A DNA stretch of 63,886 nucleotides, counting the filler, from Thelocarpon superellum (taxonomy: Eukaryota): the NCBI GenBank assembly GCA_026025795.1. It is 6 parts of 6 records of this genome, joined end to end, with 100 filler letters (N's around TTAATTAATTAA, not from the genome) between each part and the next. Parts side by side here need not be neighbours in the genome. Positions count along the whole stretch, not along the records: positions 1 to 11,007 come from JAPEUG010000512.1; positions 11,108 to 22,021 come from JAPEUG010000514.1; 4 more parts are not named here. One strand, 5' to 3'. Made by a program: the position numbers and the translations under genes. Under the pieces are notes generated by a model. It did not search any database. It saw nothing but the letters and a program-made list of their open reading frames with translations, and was not told where the DNA came from. Positions 1 through 12,192 of this stretch are shown here, one piece after another. Numbering within the stretch: position 1 is the stretch's first letter; every line of letters begins with the position of its first letter.

Positions 1-1585
1 GCCAGGATCTGGTCCGCGGCTTCTTCCTTGTCCGCCTCGGCCTTTTGGATCTTGGCCCACGACGTGTTGTACTCGTCATTCTCGATGTACTCCACGAGCC
101 TCGCCACTTCCGCCTTCGACCAGGCCTTGCGCACCTGCACTCTCCGTGGCACCCGCGCGGCCGTGACGGCCTTGGCGATGCGGTTGACCTGGGCAAAGTC
201 GATGGCCACCTCGGTCGAGCCGGGGGCGCGCGACGAACGGGACACGGAACGTCGCTTGGCCAGAGGAGGATCGGTCGAGTCCGACGTGTCGGCCTCGGAC
301 TCTTGCGCCTGCTCTGCCTCCACCACGCGCGATGAGCTCGGAGGGTCCTTGATGGGGACCGACCATGGCACCTGCCGAGCCGCGACAGGTTTGTGACGCC
401 GCGTGTCGGGGTTGATGGCACGCTGGTCGGTCTGGAAGCCTTGGTCTTGGCTGGGATCCCCCTCGTCTTCCTCTCCCCCCTCCCCTTCGTCGTCATCCTC
501 ATCGTCGCCTTGGTCCTGTCCCGCACGTCCGGGGGGCGCGCTCGTGGATTGCGTGGCCGGCGCCGCCGACGCTGCACCGTCAGGAGGAGCTTCGTCTTCG
601 TCGCCGCTGGAAAACTCCACGCGGGCGGCGTTGGCTTGAGTTTCATTGAGAAAGCGCGGTCGCGGTTGAGGGGCCGGGCGGTGCTCCGCGGTGACGGGTC
701 GGTAGTTCTCTTTGCTCTTGTACTTCTGTTGCCGTTGATACTTGGCCATCACCTCGGCCGAGGACATGGGTGTTCTTCGTGCGTAGAGGCGATCGTAGTG
801 ATCACGAAAGGGCTCATCTTGACTGTCCACATCCTGGGCTGTCCAGTCGTCCTCGTGGCTGGGCGCCGTCGCGGCTTGCGATGGAAGGGGGGACGCGTCC
901 ACGGCGGGCTCAGGAGCAGCGGCCGGGGGGGTGGATGCCATGGGTGTGAGCTCGGCATTTGACGCTCGTCGCGCGTTCTCTCGTTGCTTGAGGATTTGGA
1001 CGGGCAGGGGAGTATTGAAGCTACGACGAGGAGAGGTCAGTCAAGCGATGGTAAATGCCGAACGACCTGCACGCGCTGTACCTGGCCCGCGACAACATGG
1101 AAGCGACCGGCGCGACAGGCGCGCCAGGACCGGCACGAAGGCGCGTGGAACGTTGTTGCGCCAGTTGGATCTCAGTTTGGCTGCGAGGGACGGATTCACC
1201 GCGTCCCGCCATACTATCGCAAGTGTGCAGGTCTGAGGGCAGGTGTGTGGAGAATGGCAAGGGGGAGTTGACAATCGTATCATCGATTCCGTCTGGGAGC
1301 CCTCCAGATGCCGACCGCGAATAAGAGCCGTCAAGCGTCTGGTCGCGAGTGGCGGACGAGTTTGGCCTACAGGTCTCGGCTTTGGGGAGCTGCACCAGCC
1401 AGCTCGGACTCCTTCGTCCCTCCGGTAGAGCGTGTCCGATGGGCCCGCGACGCAGACTCACCCAACTCCACGGAAGCCTCCCCGGCCACGGCGAGTCCGC
1501 GCAGGGCTCCGTCTTCCCGGACCCAGTCTAGCGTGGCAGGCTGTGGACTCGTCTCGTACCCACCACTGCCACCGTAACTCGTCAT
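1..1585 (-). CDS. Myb/SANT (TRF/Taz1-like) DNA-binding protein, 3' end runs off the window
   Basis: Manual translation of the minus strand from ~1021 to 1 is stop-free, passes KSKENYRP, RFLNETQANAARVEF and DQGFQTDQR, and reaches VRKAWSKAEVARLVEYIENDEYNTSWAKIQ, a Myb-type W..W pattern. GT-AG intron ~1022-1081. Start uncertain (ATG 1212 or 1585). The main exon is absent from the ORF track because no stop lies inside the window. Confidence 0.65.
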
Positions 1586-1779
1586 GTTACTGTACGGAGT
1601 ACTCCCGTACGTCCGTCGTAGTATGGGTTGGCGCGGGCATGTACGGACTGTTCCTTGCCGGTCGGTAAGTGCCATGCCAGCGCCCAGTTAGCTCTGCTCG
1701 TCCCCGGACGGCACACGTCGCCTCGCCCTGAACTGGCGACGAGAGACACTGGATGCTGCCACGGCACTCAGCCTGACGC

Positions 1780-1785
<6 letters not shown>

Positions 1786-1810
<25 letters not shown>

Positions 1811-1812
1811 GA
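1786..1812. repeat. (CCGACA)n microsatellite in divergent promoter
   Basis: ccgacaccgacaccgacaccgacacgaca seen directly. Confidence 0.85.
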
Positions 1813-2123
1813 CACAAAAAGTTAGTGCAACGTGCGAGATGCCTCTCCATCGCTCCCGTCAATGATCATCCTCCCATCATCATTTTACCCCCCTCCGCTC
1901 ATCGCATCCTGCATCATCCCCACGCCCCAACTCTAGCTCGCCCTCCAGCACTCAACAGGACCATCGTGGTGTCCGTCGCGTGCTGCGCATCGCCACGGAA
2001 TCGGCGGTCACCGCCAGCCTCGCCCCCCCCACGATCCACGGCCATCGTAACTTTGTCTCGACCGCTGCCACGCCCGCTGCTGCTCCGGCTCTTGCCATCG
2101 CTGCTCCCGCCATCACATGCTCA

Positions 2124-3936
2124 ATGAAGTTCCGACCACGACGCGCCCCCTTCCTATTCTTCCTTCTTCCCTCGCTCGCCGCCGCCGCCAGCCTCGACCG
2201 CCTTCGTGCGAGGGCCGATGTTGCCAAGCCGCCACAGCATCTGCCGCCGGGCCCCGACGGCCAGCCCGGGGGCCCGGTCCCGGTGCCGATCGTGCCGTCC
2301 AATCCCAAGATCAAACCCGACGTCGGCACCAAGGACGCCCCAGTCGATGGCTTGGACGGAAAGCCGCACGCGGGCCCGTGGGTCGAGTCAGGCTCGGGTG
2401 CGGCGACGGAGAAGGACAAGAAGAAGCCCAAGGACGATGATCTAGACGAGCCGCCATTGTCGACGGGGAGCAAACCCGCGCCCGAATCCGTGTCGAAGCC
2501 TGCTGGCAAGTCCAAGTCCACGTCCAAGGACCCCGTCATCCCCGAGGTGAACGACGGCGTCATGGACGACCCCAACCGGGAAACGCCCAAGAAGGGCACG
2601 ACCGGCACCGAAGGCGGCGTCAGCGAGAAGGATCGCGACCGCAAGGCCCAGGAAGGACAGAAGGGCGGCAAGCCGGAGAAGAAGCCCGACCCCCCCAAGG
2701 AGGCCCGGCCCCTGCCACACAGCGAGGAGACGAAGATCAAGGAGACGGTGGGCGACAAGGCCGACGGCGCCACAGATGCCGGCCGGGACTCCGACGAGAA
2801 GGCCGGCGATGTCGAGAAGCCCAAGGCGCTCGGCGGCCTCGCGGTGAGTCGGCCTCGATGGATGCTGCGGCCTCATCCCTTGATCCGGTCACTGACTTCT
2901 CCGTGATAGAAACCCGCGGATCTCCCCGACACGCCCCATGATCTCCCACCGCCCCTTCCGCCATCGAGCCAAGACACCGCTCGCCCGGCCTCGACGGGCG
3001 AGCACGTCTCCCCCAAGGCGCCCTCGTCTCTCGTCCTCGACGACGGCCCCGCCCTGATCCAGCCGCTCCATTCCTTCGCCCTCTCGCTGACCATGATCCT
3101 CGCCTCCGAGGTGGGCGACAAGACCTTTTTGATTGCCGCGCTCATGGCCATGAAGCACCCGCGCTTCCTCGTCTTCTCCGCCGCCTTCGCCGCCTTGATC
3201 GCCATGACCGTTCTGTCGGCCGTGCTGGGTCATGCCGTGCCAACCCTGATCCCCAAGCGCTTCACCAGCTTCCTCGCCGCCGGCCTCTTTCTCCTCTTTG
3301 GCGCACGCTCCTTGCGTGAGGGCTGGGGCATGCGCGCCGACGAGAACACCAGCGAGGAGATGAAGGAGGTCGAGATGGAGCTGGCGGAGAAGGAGCACCA
3401 AGCCCGCAAGGGCAGCCGGCGCCGCAGCGAGCTCTCGCCCTACGTGCTCGAAGCGGGCCGCGCCGGCACGCGTCGGTCCCGCTCGAGCTCCCGCCTGCCC
3501 TCTCCGCCCCGCAGTCCGTCGTCGTCCACGTCGCGTTCGCCCTCGCCCACGGCGGCGTTGACGGCGACGTCGATCCTGGCGGGCCTGCACAATCTCTTCT
3601 CCCTGTTGCTCAGTCCGGCCTGGGTCCAAACCTTTGTCATGACCTTCCTCGGTGAATGGGGCGACCGCAGCCAGATCGCGACCATCGCCATGGCTGCCGG
3701 CCAGGATTACTGGTGGGTCACGGGTGGGGCCGTGGCCGGCCACGCCGTCTGCACCGCCGCCGCCGTGATCGGAGGACGAGCGGTGGCGGGCCGGGTGAGT
3801 CTACGAGTCGGTGGGTCTTCTGTCGTGCTCTCCCATCTCGCCGAGCTGACGTCGATGCACAGTGACGTTGGGGGGCGCAGTGGCCTTCTTGGCCTTTGGC
3901 ATCATCTACCTGGTCGAGGCCATCTTCTACTACTAG
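2124..3936 (+). CDS. GDT1: GDT1/TMEM165 (UPF0016) Golgi Ca2+/Mn2+:H+ antiporter with signal peptide and long hydrophilic N-terminus
   Basis: Two family motifs E-x-G-D-[KR]-[ST] (SEVGDKT, GEWGDRS); introns 2844-2909 and 3811-3862; spliced C-terminus VTLGGAVAFLAFGIIYLVEAIFYY*. Confidence 0.93.
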
Positions 3937-5468
3937 GCGTGCCCGTCACGTCCACGTCCACGTCCACGGCGTCGCCGACGCTCCCTACCCAATCGCCATC
4001 GCCGTCACGAGACGCTCTCGTTGATTCGGGACCAGGGCGGAGGTGCGCCGGGGCCGGTCGACGCCGCGTCGTGTTCTGAATCTTGTACTGCTCGCTCTTT
4101 GCTGCATTCGCGTCGGAGCGGGGGCCTTTTGCTGGACGGGATCCTTGATCGGACCCACTTGTAATTATCTCTTGGGGGTGGCGGACGGAAGGCAGCGTTG
4201 TCGGAGTATCCATCGCCTCCCGCGGATGGCGCATACCACTTCGGCATGGGAGATTGACGTGGGCCACCGTTGCAGCTAGAGAAGACCCGTCGTGGTCGGC
4301 GTTGGCCGTGTAGAGCTGTCGCCGCCCTTTTGCCACCACTCACGCCTGATTGGCGGCTCTGTGGCGGCTCTGTGGCTTCAATGGAGCCGAGGGTGATCTA
4401 AAGTCTTGCATCAGCACTTGGACACCCCTGAAGCCTGGGCCTCTGGTGGGTAATGCTACTGAATGGGTGGGGAAGCGGCCTCCGGCGATCGGATGTGAGG
4501 AAGTCACGGCGGCTCTCGACGTCTCCACCTCTCCCCCTCTCCCCTCTTCCCGCCCAGATGTCACATTGGCAACGCGACGCTGCTCGATGCATGCTGCACC
4601 CAGATCCATGCAATTGTCGACATTCCGATCCGCAGGCCCAATGCGCTAGAAGAGAGAAACCTGGACCTGGCAAATGTGGGGCCTGTGCTCGACGCCATGC
4701 GTCGCACTCTGCATACAATGTGCAACGCTCAGCGCCCAGCAGTCGGCGTCCATCGCCCCCACGGAGGGAAGGCCTGCCAGATCTGGCCCGGTCCAGCCAC
4801 GGGCCTTCTGCCGACGAGATTAACGAAAGCAATAATATCAACGACTAAGGCTCGATGGGTCGACGGCCTTTTTCCGTCCTAGAGGTGGAGCGTCTGCCTA
4901 AGGTTGGCTCCCGTTATTCGCGCGATATGCGCGCTATGGATTGCGGGAGGCCGCACTATGCCGGTATCCCTGTTTGAAACGCTTCGATTCATGGCAGGCC
5001 AAGGACGACCAAGCCACCAAGGAAGGCCCCGAGCAAGGATCCCGACGGACGGAATGGCAGATGTGACGGTCCCCGTACGCACACGTCGCCCCCCCGATGA
5101 CGCTGCGCCGGCCTCGAGGATTGGGCTCGTCTACGCGTGCGGGTACATCCCAGGCGGTGGAGATGGCCATGGCGTCAGGCGGTCCGTGATAGGAAGCTCG
5201 CTCCGCACCTTTCAGAACGGGGCCTGCATTATTGCTCCATTGCTCCATTGTGCAAGGATGGAGAGGCAACTCGACACGTGCGATGTATCCGCGGACGGTG
5301 CACTCTATAGGAGGAATGCTATATCTCGTCCGGTGCGTCTGCATATATGTCCCACGCCTTCGCCGTCTCTGCCAGGAGCGACGGCGCCGTGCTGCCGCTG
5401 TGTGTCCCTGGGTGTCCGCCGCTTGAGATCTTTCTGTCTTCTGACGTGAAGAGCGACCCTCCGGCGTC

Positions 5469-7392
5469 ATGGCCCTCTTCTCCGTGTGGCGTGCCCTGGC
5501 GTTGAGCCTTTGCGCAAGCCAGGTCTGGGCCGAGACCGTGCCCATTCCTTACGTCCACAATGGCAGCTTCACTCCCGATGCCATTCTACGCGTCACCGTG
5601 GAGACGATGGTGCAGTCCTGTCTGACGAAGCACAACGTCGTGGTGAATGGGACCTCGCCGGGGCCGGAGTTGCGTATTCCCGAGGGCCAGACCACGTGGG
5701 TGCGCGTGTTCAATGACATGCCTGATCAGAATTTGACCATGGTACGATCCCTTTGACGACGAGCGCTCGAGAACCCGCCCTGACCCCAGATGCTGCAGCA
5801 CTGGCATGGCTTGACCATGGACGTGGCCCCCTTCTCCGACGGAACGCCCATGGCCAGCCAATGGCCCATCCCGCCCAACCATTTCTTCGACTATGAGATT
5901 CATCCGGAGGAGGGCCATGCGGGCACCTACTTCTACCACTCTCATGTCGGATTTCAGGCCGTTTCCGCGCTGGGGCCCCTGATCGTGGCGGAACAAGGCA
6001 GGCCGCCGTATGAGTACCAGGAGGAGGCGAACATCATCTTTACCGATCTCTACAACCAATCCGATCAAAACATCGAGGCTGGGTTGTTGGCGTCGCCCTT
6101 TGTGTGGAGTGGATACTCTCAGGCAATCTTGGTGAATGGGAACGCCAGCAATGTCGTCATCGCGAACAACGGCACCACCATCAACTGCTCCAGCCCACTA
6201 ACGACGATTGATCTGAAACCGAGCACTACCTACCGCTTGCGCTTCGTGGGTGGCTCGGCCATGTCTTTGATCCAACTGGCCTTGCAGGAGCATCAGAATC
6301 TCACCCTCATCGAGGCTGACGGCGCCTATACCATGCCACACTCGGTGGAAGTGCTCCAAGTCGGAGCGGGCCAACGGTATAGCGTCTTGTTGCACACCAA
6401 GAGTGTCGAGGAGGTGCAGAAGGATTGCCAATTGGGCCTGGCCACCTATTTCCTGCAAGCGGAGACGGATAGCGGGACAGTCCCCGTGGTTAGCTATGCC
6501 GCGCTGAACTACATCCTGCCCGATGATCCTCCCCACCAGAAGATATATGCCCCGGCGACACCGCCCCTGAGTCTCCCCGGCACCCTCTATGGTTTCCTCG
6601 ACTATGACCTCGCGCCGCTCCAGCCCAACTACTTCCCCGACCGTTCTCGCGTGAACCGAACGGTGTTCATCACATCGGAGCAGCTTTTCCAGAACTCCAC
6701 GGGCATCATCTGGGCGGAAAACGGGACGACCTGGGAAACCACCCGGCCAGCCGTGCCGTACCTAGTTGCACTCTATGAAAATGATACGAACGCCCTGCCC
6801 GACTACGACGCTGCCGTGGCCAATGGAGGCTACGACCCCAAAACCGGCGCCTATGCTGCTAAACTGGGGGAGGTCATCGACATCGTCTTGCAGAACACGG
6901 GTTCACAAGCCGTGCCTGGCTTCCTCGACGTCCACCCCTTCCACGCACATGGCGACCATTATTACAATCTGGGGAGCGGCAACGGGACCTACAATGCCAC
7001 GGAGAATGACGCACGCCTGAACGGAACCAGCCCCGTTCTTCGCGATACCACTGTTCTCTACAGTTACGTCGGCGTCACCACGGAAGGTCCAGGCGGCTAC
7101 ATGGGCTGGCGTGCCTGGCGTCTGAATGTCACGCAACCCGGTGTCTGGATGATTCACTGTCACGTCCTGCAACACCAGGTTATGGGTGCGTCCTCCTCGC
7201 CCGGCATCACGGTCGACGTGACACGCTAACCCCCTTTATTCGACAGGCATGCAAACGATCTGGGTCTTTGGTAATTCCACAGACATCCTCACCGTGCCGA
7301 GTCCAATGCTCGATGGCTATCTTACATATGGGGGCACCGTGATGGGCAATGTGTCGCATGCGCCCGAGGGCGTCACCTTTCACAACAGCTGA
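5469..7392 (+). CDS. Secreted multicopper oxidase, fungal L-ascorbate-oxidase-like (AA1)
   Basis: Signal peptide; four Cu-binding motifs HWHG, FYHSH, HPFHAHG, HCHVLQHQVMGM (Met as T1 axial ligand); introns 5742-5798 and 7186-7246. Confidence 0.93.
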
Positions 7393-7723
7393 ACATTCCC
7401 CCTTCATTTTCCATCGACGATCTCGACATGGACTTTCTTTGCAATGTATACAAAAGGAGAGGAACGGTGGGGGGTTACCAGGATAATGACATGACATGAC
7501 GATTCACGCTTGCACAGATGCAGGTCACATGCACCAGCCGCTGGTCGTTGCTCCCCTTCTCGTTCTTCGCTGCCGGGACACCGCACAAGATGCACCACGT
7601 GTCCAATCCCACGGCCATCACAAAGACCCGACGCCACTCCAGCCCTTTCCGCCACGACCACCACCATCGCCGTCGCAAGCCATGCTCCACAGGGCCAGGA
7701 CAAGTAGCCAAGACCTACGAGCG

Positions 7724-7886
7724 CTGATTGGTCCAACGCCGTCCCGTCGTCTGATTGGCTCCCGCTCGCCCAGCGCCTCTGATTGGTCAGACGTGCATAT
7801 GTGTAACATACCTCCCCGGAGCTAACGGTGCATCGTGACATGTGATTGGTGCATCGTCCACGCAGGTACGGCCGACGCGCCAATCA
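7724..7886. promoter_or_regulatory. Cluster of five CCAATCA/TGATTGG boxes
   Basis: TGATTGG at 7725, 7752, 7780, 7843 and CCAATCA at 7880; CCAAT is the CBC/HAP (NF-Y) site; function inferred only. Confidence 0.45.
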
Positions 7887-8212
7887 CGGCGCAGGGATCG
7901 GAAAAAGTAATGTGCGCCTCAGCCCTACGTCAGCCCTACAAGGCGTGCCGGCGCGGGAGTGGGGCAGCGGAAGATCCAGGTGTGGGGGAGCGCCTGGGCA
8001 TGGCACAGGTCCACGTGAGTGGAGATGGTGCAAGGGAGGGTGGGAAAAGCGGGTGATGAAGCGTCTTCACTTTCTTTGGGTGACTTTGATTCTTCCTCGA
8101 GAAATAATGTACAGCTTCAGCTGCTCCGTTGGTTCCTTCCACGCCCTCCGAACCCCGTATATGCCCAACCAACTGCACGGATCAGATCTCCCCCATTCCG
8201 TTGGGCTCATTC

Positions 8213-8250
8213 CTTTCCATTCCTTCCATTCCTTCCATTCCTTCCATTCC
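8213..8250. repeat. (TTCCATTCC)n 9-mer tandem repeat
   Basis: About four copies seen directly; source of spurious FHS/WKE repeat ORFs. Confidence 0.85.
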
Positions 8251-8491
8251 CTTTCCTGTCTGGCCAGTTCTATCTGATCTGGCCCATGCAACCAGCGCCA
8301 CAACATGAATCGCTCAAACGGGGGTATGGAGTGAGTGGCTTCTGAAATCGCCGTATCAAGCAAGGAAGGGCAAAGCAGTGACAGTCATATAAGCGTCTCC
8401 CAGAACGCCCGCTTGCTGCCCAACCTGCTTTGCAAACACAGACAAAAGAGTGATGCATCAACGACACACGTCAACCAACGCCGGCCATCGG

Positions 8492-9844
8492 TCATCGCTT
8501 TCCCCTCGCGATCAGGTTGCGAAGCTGGTCGAGGATGCGCTCGTTCAAGCCATACGTGATGGCGTTGGCGAGGCCCACGTACTGCGTCGAGGCCTGCATG
8601 ATGCCCAACACGATGGTCGGATGGCCCGACGCCTCGGCGATGCGGTTGGCGATCCCCGGGAGCCACAGGATGATGTACATGATAGGGTAGGCGTTCAGCA
8701 AGAGCGTCTTTTTGATTTGCGACTCGGTCGAGGCCAGCGTGCGGCCGCGCGCGATGGAGTTGCGGATCGCGACGACGGAGTTTCGCTGAGGCGCGGGCGT
8801 GTAGGATTCGTTGGACATGGACGTCGTCACGATGACGCCCTTGCCTGAGACGGAGGGGAGCGGCCGAAGATCACTCATCTCCGCCGAGGCCGCTGTGATC
8901 GTGTCAGTCGCGTGGTCTTGCTGCATGGCGCGGGACCGCTCACTGGCCGAGGAGCCGAGTTCGGAGTCGTCTCGGTCCATCACCCCGTCGTGGATCTTGT
9001 CATGATAGAGGTCATGCGTATGCACGCTGTTCGACTCCAGCACCGGCCCTCCCAACATCCGGATCTCTCGGAAATGCCGTCGGAGGTAGAAGTAAATGTA
9101 GATGTAGATGCCCGTACTGGCCACGATGACGAAGAAGCGCCACATGTGCGTCAGAACATAGCGCAGATAGGTCGGCTCTTGCTGGATCCAACACCAGTTC
9201 CCGTTCACCGGGTGATACAGCTTGAGCCCGAGCGCCGTGAAACCTGCAAAGTCACGTCAGTACAGGTGAAGGCGAAGGCAAAGGCACGGACGGGACGTGC
9301 ACATACTGGTGATGATTGGGAGAATCCAGGTCGTACAGCAGAGCATGATCTTGGCCGAGGTCGACGCGTCCGGAATGACCAGACTATTCCTCAAGCCCAG
9401 GAGCGTTACGCCGGCGATCAACAAGATGGTGCAGTCGGTTGCCTATGGACGGGGGCGCATCAGCCTCCACCCTCGCAAAGGCACGTCAAGGAGCTGTACC
9501 TGGACCGAGAGCTGTCCGATGAACCCGTTGGCGACACAGCCAGGTCCATCGACCATGTCGCTATGTCTCGCGACAATGTAAAGGCCGGACACGGAGTTGT
9601 TGAGTCCATTGATGAAGTCTGCCTCAAACCGTTAGCTTCATTCCCCGAGCCCTGCGAGCGCGCGCGTGCTTAGTCGAGACGCACCGGAGATGGCCAGGTT
9701 GATGATGAGGGCATGGCGGAAGTGTCTCTTCTGGGGCAGTAGGGCGTAGCAGATCAGGATGAAGCCGGCGCCGATGAAGGAGAGCAAGCTTCCGATGACG
9801 GTGAAGACGGCCTCCGCTAGAGGCGCGCCGGTGAGCTCGCTCAT
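8492..9844 (-). CDS. Seven-transmembrane GPCR, Git3/cAMP-receptor-like family
   Basis: Spliced product MSELTGAPLAEAVFTVIGSLLSFIGAGFILICY..RHALIINLAISD..GCVANGFIGQLSVQATD..GNWCWI..LLLNAYPIMYIILWLPGIANR..GLANAITYG; three introns. Confidence 0.85.
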
Positions 9845-11007
9845 CCTCGGGACAGCATGGCACCAGCCCGGATGCCTAAGAAATGCTCCAGAGGTCGGAA
9901 AGGACAGGGAGCCTGATGGAGCGTGCAGGCCGGCGGAGCTCTGGTCGTCTGCTGTCTTAAAGCACGACGTCGTCAGGCGTGCGCGAACGCCGAGCTGAGC
10001 ACACGCGTCACATGTGCCGATCTTCCCATGTGGGAGGACGTCTCTTCTTGCACGGCCAACGCGGGGGCTAACGAGGCCTGCACCCTGCGGGGCGGGATGC
10101 CAGACCCTGCCTGGCTCGTTCCACCATGCACACCCTCCGCTCGGAGACGGAGTCGAAACGATCTGTCTCCAGTGCCAGTGCCAGTGCCAGTGGCAAAGGA
10201 TGCATGATCCTCGGGACAATCTTGTCGAATTAAGTACGATAGCTTGCCACCATGGGCGGGCCCTCGACGACCAGGGTTCGAGGCCGCGGAGCATGGGGAG
10301 GGGAGGACCACCTAGACTCATCGGGTGTGAGTCTGAGCAGCAGGCGTGCCTCAAGGTTTGTCCTGGGCGTTTCGTTTGAGGCAGCTTACCCTAGACGAGG
10401 GCGGAGAAGGAGGATGAAGAGGAAGCTGGCTAAGCGGAGAGTTTGATTGGTCGGCCGGTGTCGCCTGAGAATCCTTTGCCGATCGTGTCCAAGCATGGCT
10501 AAGCTGGGGGAACCTGCCAAGCGGAGGATGGGATTCTGATCGTGCGCGGGCGTGCCTGGCGATGGACTAAACCAGCGTGGAGAGCAGGGCGAGCACGTCG
10601 AGCGCTCCAGAGCTCCAGAGTGCAAGAGGGGCTGAGCGTCGCCGCAGATGCGGATGGGTTTGCAGCGAGTGGGACGGTCGCTGTAAGCGACCAGCGGGGA
10701 AAGGTCGGTGAGCTGCACAAGCCAAATACCTCAAGAGTAGTGCGGCTTGACGTCGCTTTTCCGCACGGGGCGCCCCTCAATATCAAGCAGCGAGGCCGCG
10801 ATGGAGCAGACGGCAGCGATCTACGCAATTGGCTCCGGTCTTTTCCATCCTCGCCCGCATCGATTTGGCACGGCCGCGGGGCGAGTGAGCGAGCGAGGAC
10901 CACTGGAGGCGAACATCACGAACCGAAGGTCGGCTTTTTCTCGCCGATTGTCCCATGCATAATGCATAACACGCGGGCCTGGGCGAGATTGCATCGCCTG
11001 CAACAGG

Positions 11008-11107
11008 NNNNNNNNNNNNNNNNNNNNNNNNNNNNNNNNNNNNNNNNNNNNTTAATTAATTAANNNNNNNNNNNNNNNNNNNNNNNNNNNNNNNNNNNNN
11101 NNNNNNN
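11008..11107. other. Artificial contig spacer (44N-TTAATTAATTAA-44N)
   Basis: Core carries stops in all six frames; identical at five positions. Confidence 0.97.
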
Positions 11108-12192
11108 TTCTAGACGACGGCAATCCCTCCGGCTCCGGTTCCCGCTCTAGGCTCCTCGCGGCTCCCAGCGTTCCAAGACCCCGCACCCCGGGCTTGTCCG
11201 GTCCTCGGTCCTCGACTACCCGGTCTGTCCCCAAGGTCTGGAGTACACTGCGACAGACGACGAGAACAATCCGAGAGGATCGAGAGGTACAGTCAAACGG
11301 GACAACAGAGAAGCGTGAGGTGCCGGCGTGCGGATGGACAAACTCTCTCATGCGATCAGGACGTCCCATTGGTCGCGTGCGCGCCAAGATGCATCATCAC
11401 CGCACACCGCTTGCCGTACCCAAAATGTACCTGCATGCCAATCGGCGGTAATCGGACGAGAACCAGACGGGTCCAGAAGCGAGATCGGAGCGGCCGGGTC
11501 CCCTCCGTGGTGGACGATAAGGAAACGGACTCCTCCCAAAGACCCTTCCCAAGGACCCCTCCCAGCCGGGCGGCGCGTCGCCTCGTCGCCTGCCGTCGGA
11601 GGGAGCCACGGAGACGCAAAGGGATGGCACTCGATGAAAGGCGCCACTCACGTTCGAATAGAAATGGATCTCAGCCCGCGACGTGGTCGATGCCCCGACG
11701 CGGTGATGCATCGTGCCGACCGTTCCGCCGTCACCGGAATGGATCCCACCACGAGGACGGTGTCCCCGTCACGCGAGAAGCGAGCGGCAAGGCGCGGATC
11801 TGGAGGGTATGGAGGGAATGGTCGGACTCCTTCCACCTCTTCGCTCCTCGTCGGTGGTGACGATGATGCTGACGGAGTAGACCGACCGGGTATAAGAAGT
11901 GAGTTTCGGACTTAGGTCGAGAGGACGGGTGTTGCGTACTGTGCGGGACAGGACGTGCAGCAACAGTTTCGGCTAAGCTTGTCATCCATCAACAGAGCCA
12001 TGGGAGCAGGATGTGGTGCGTGAATGTGGACATTACGTCAGATCAAGCCTCGAACAATGGGGACCAGACAACGGACTACGAACAACGAACAACGGACAGC
12101 AGATCCAGCTGTGGCACGCAGAGCGTCTCTGTAACAGCTACGAGAAGGCATTCCTCCCCCTTCCTGCACTCTCTTTTCGGCAAACCTTTCTC

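Noticed and set aside
2124..3090. Long Lys/Asp/Pro-rich N-terminus on GDT1 as a novel fusion
   Set aside because: A signal peptide plus long hydrophilic N-region is, to my knowledge, usual for filamentous-ascomycete GDT1 proteins
7404..8363. Short His-rich and FHS/WKE-repeat ORFs between the oxidase and the GPCR
   Set aside because: No family motifs; the repeat peptides come from a 9-mer microsatellite; chance ORFs are common in GC-rich DNA
11052..11063. TTAATTAATTAA recurring every ~10.9 kb as a biological repeat or piggyBac TTAA site
   Set aside because: Always embedded in exactly 44+44 Ns, so it is an assembly linker
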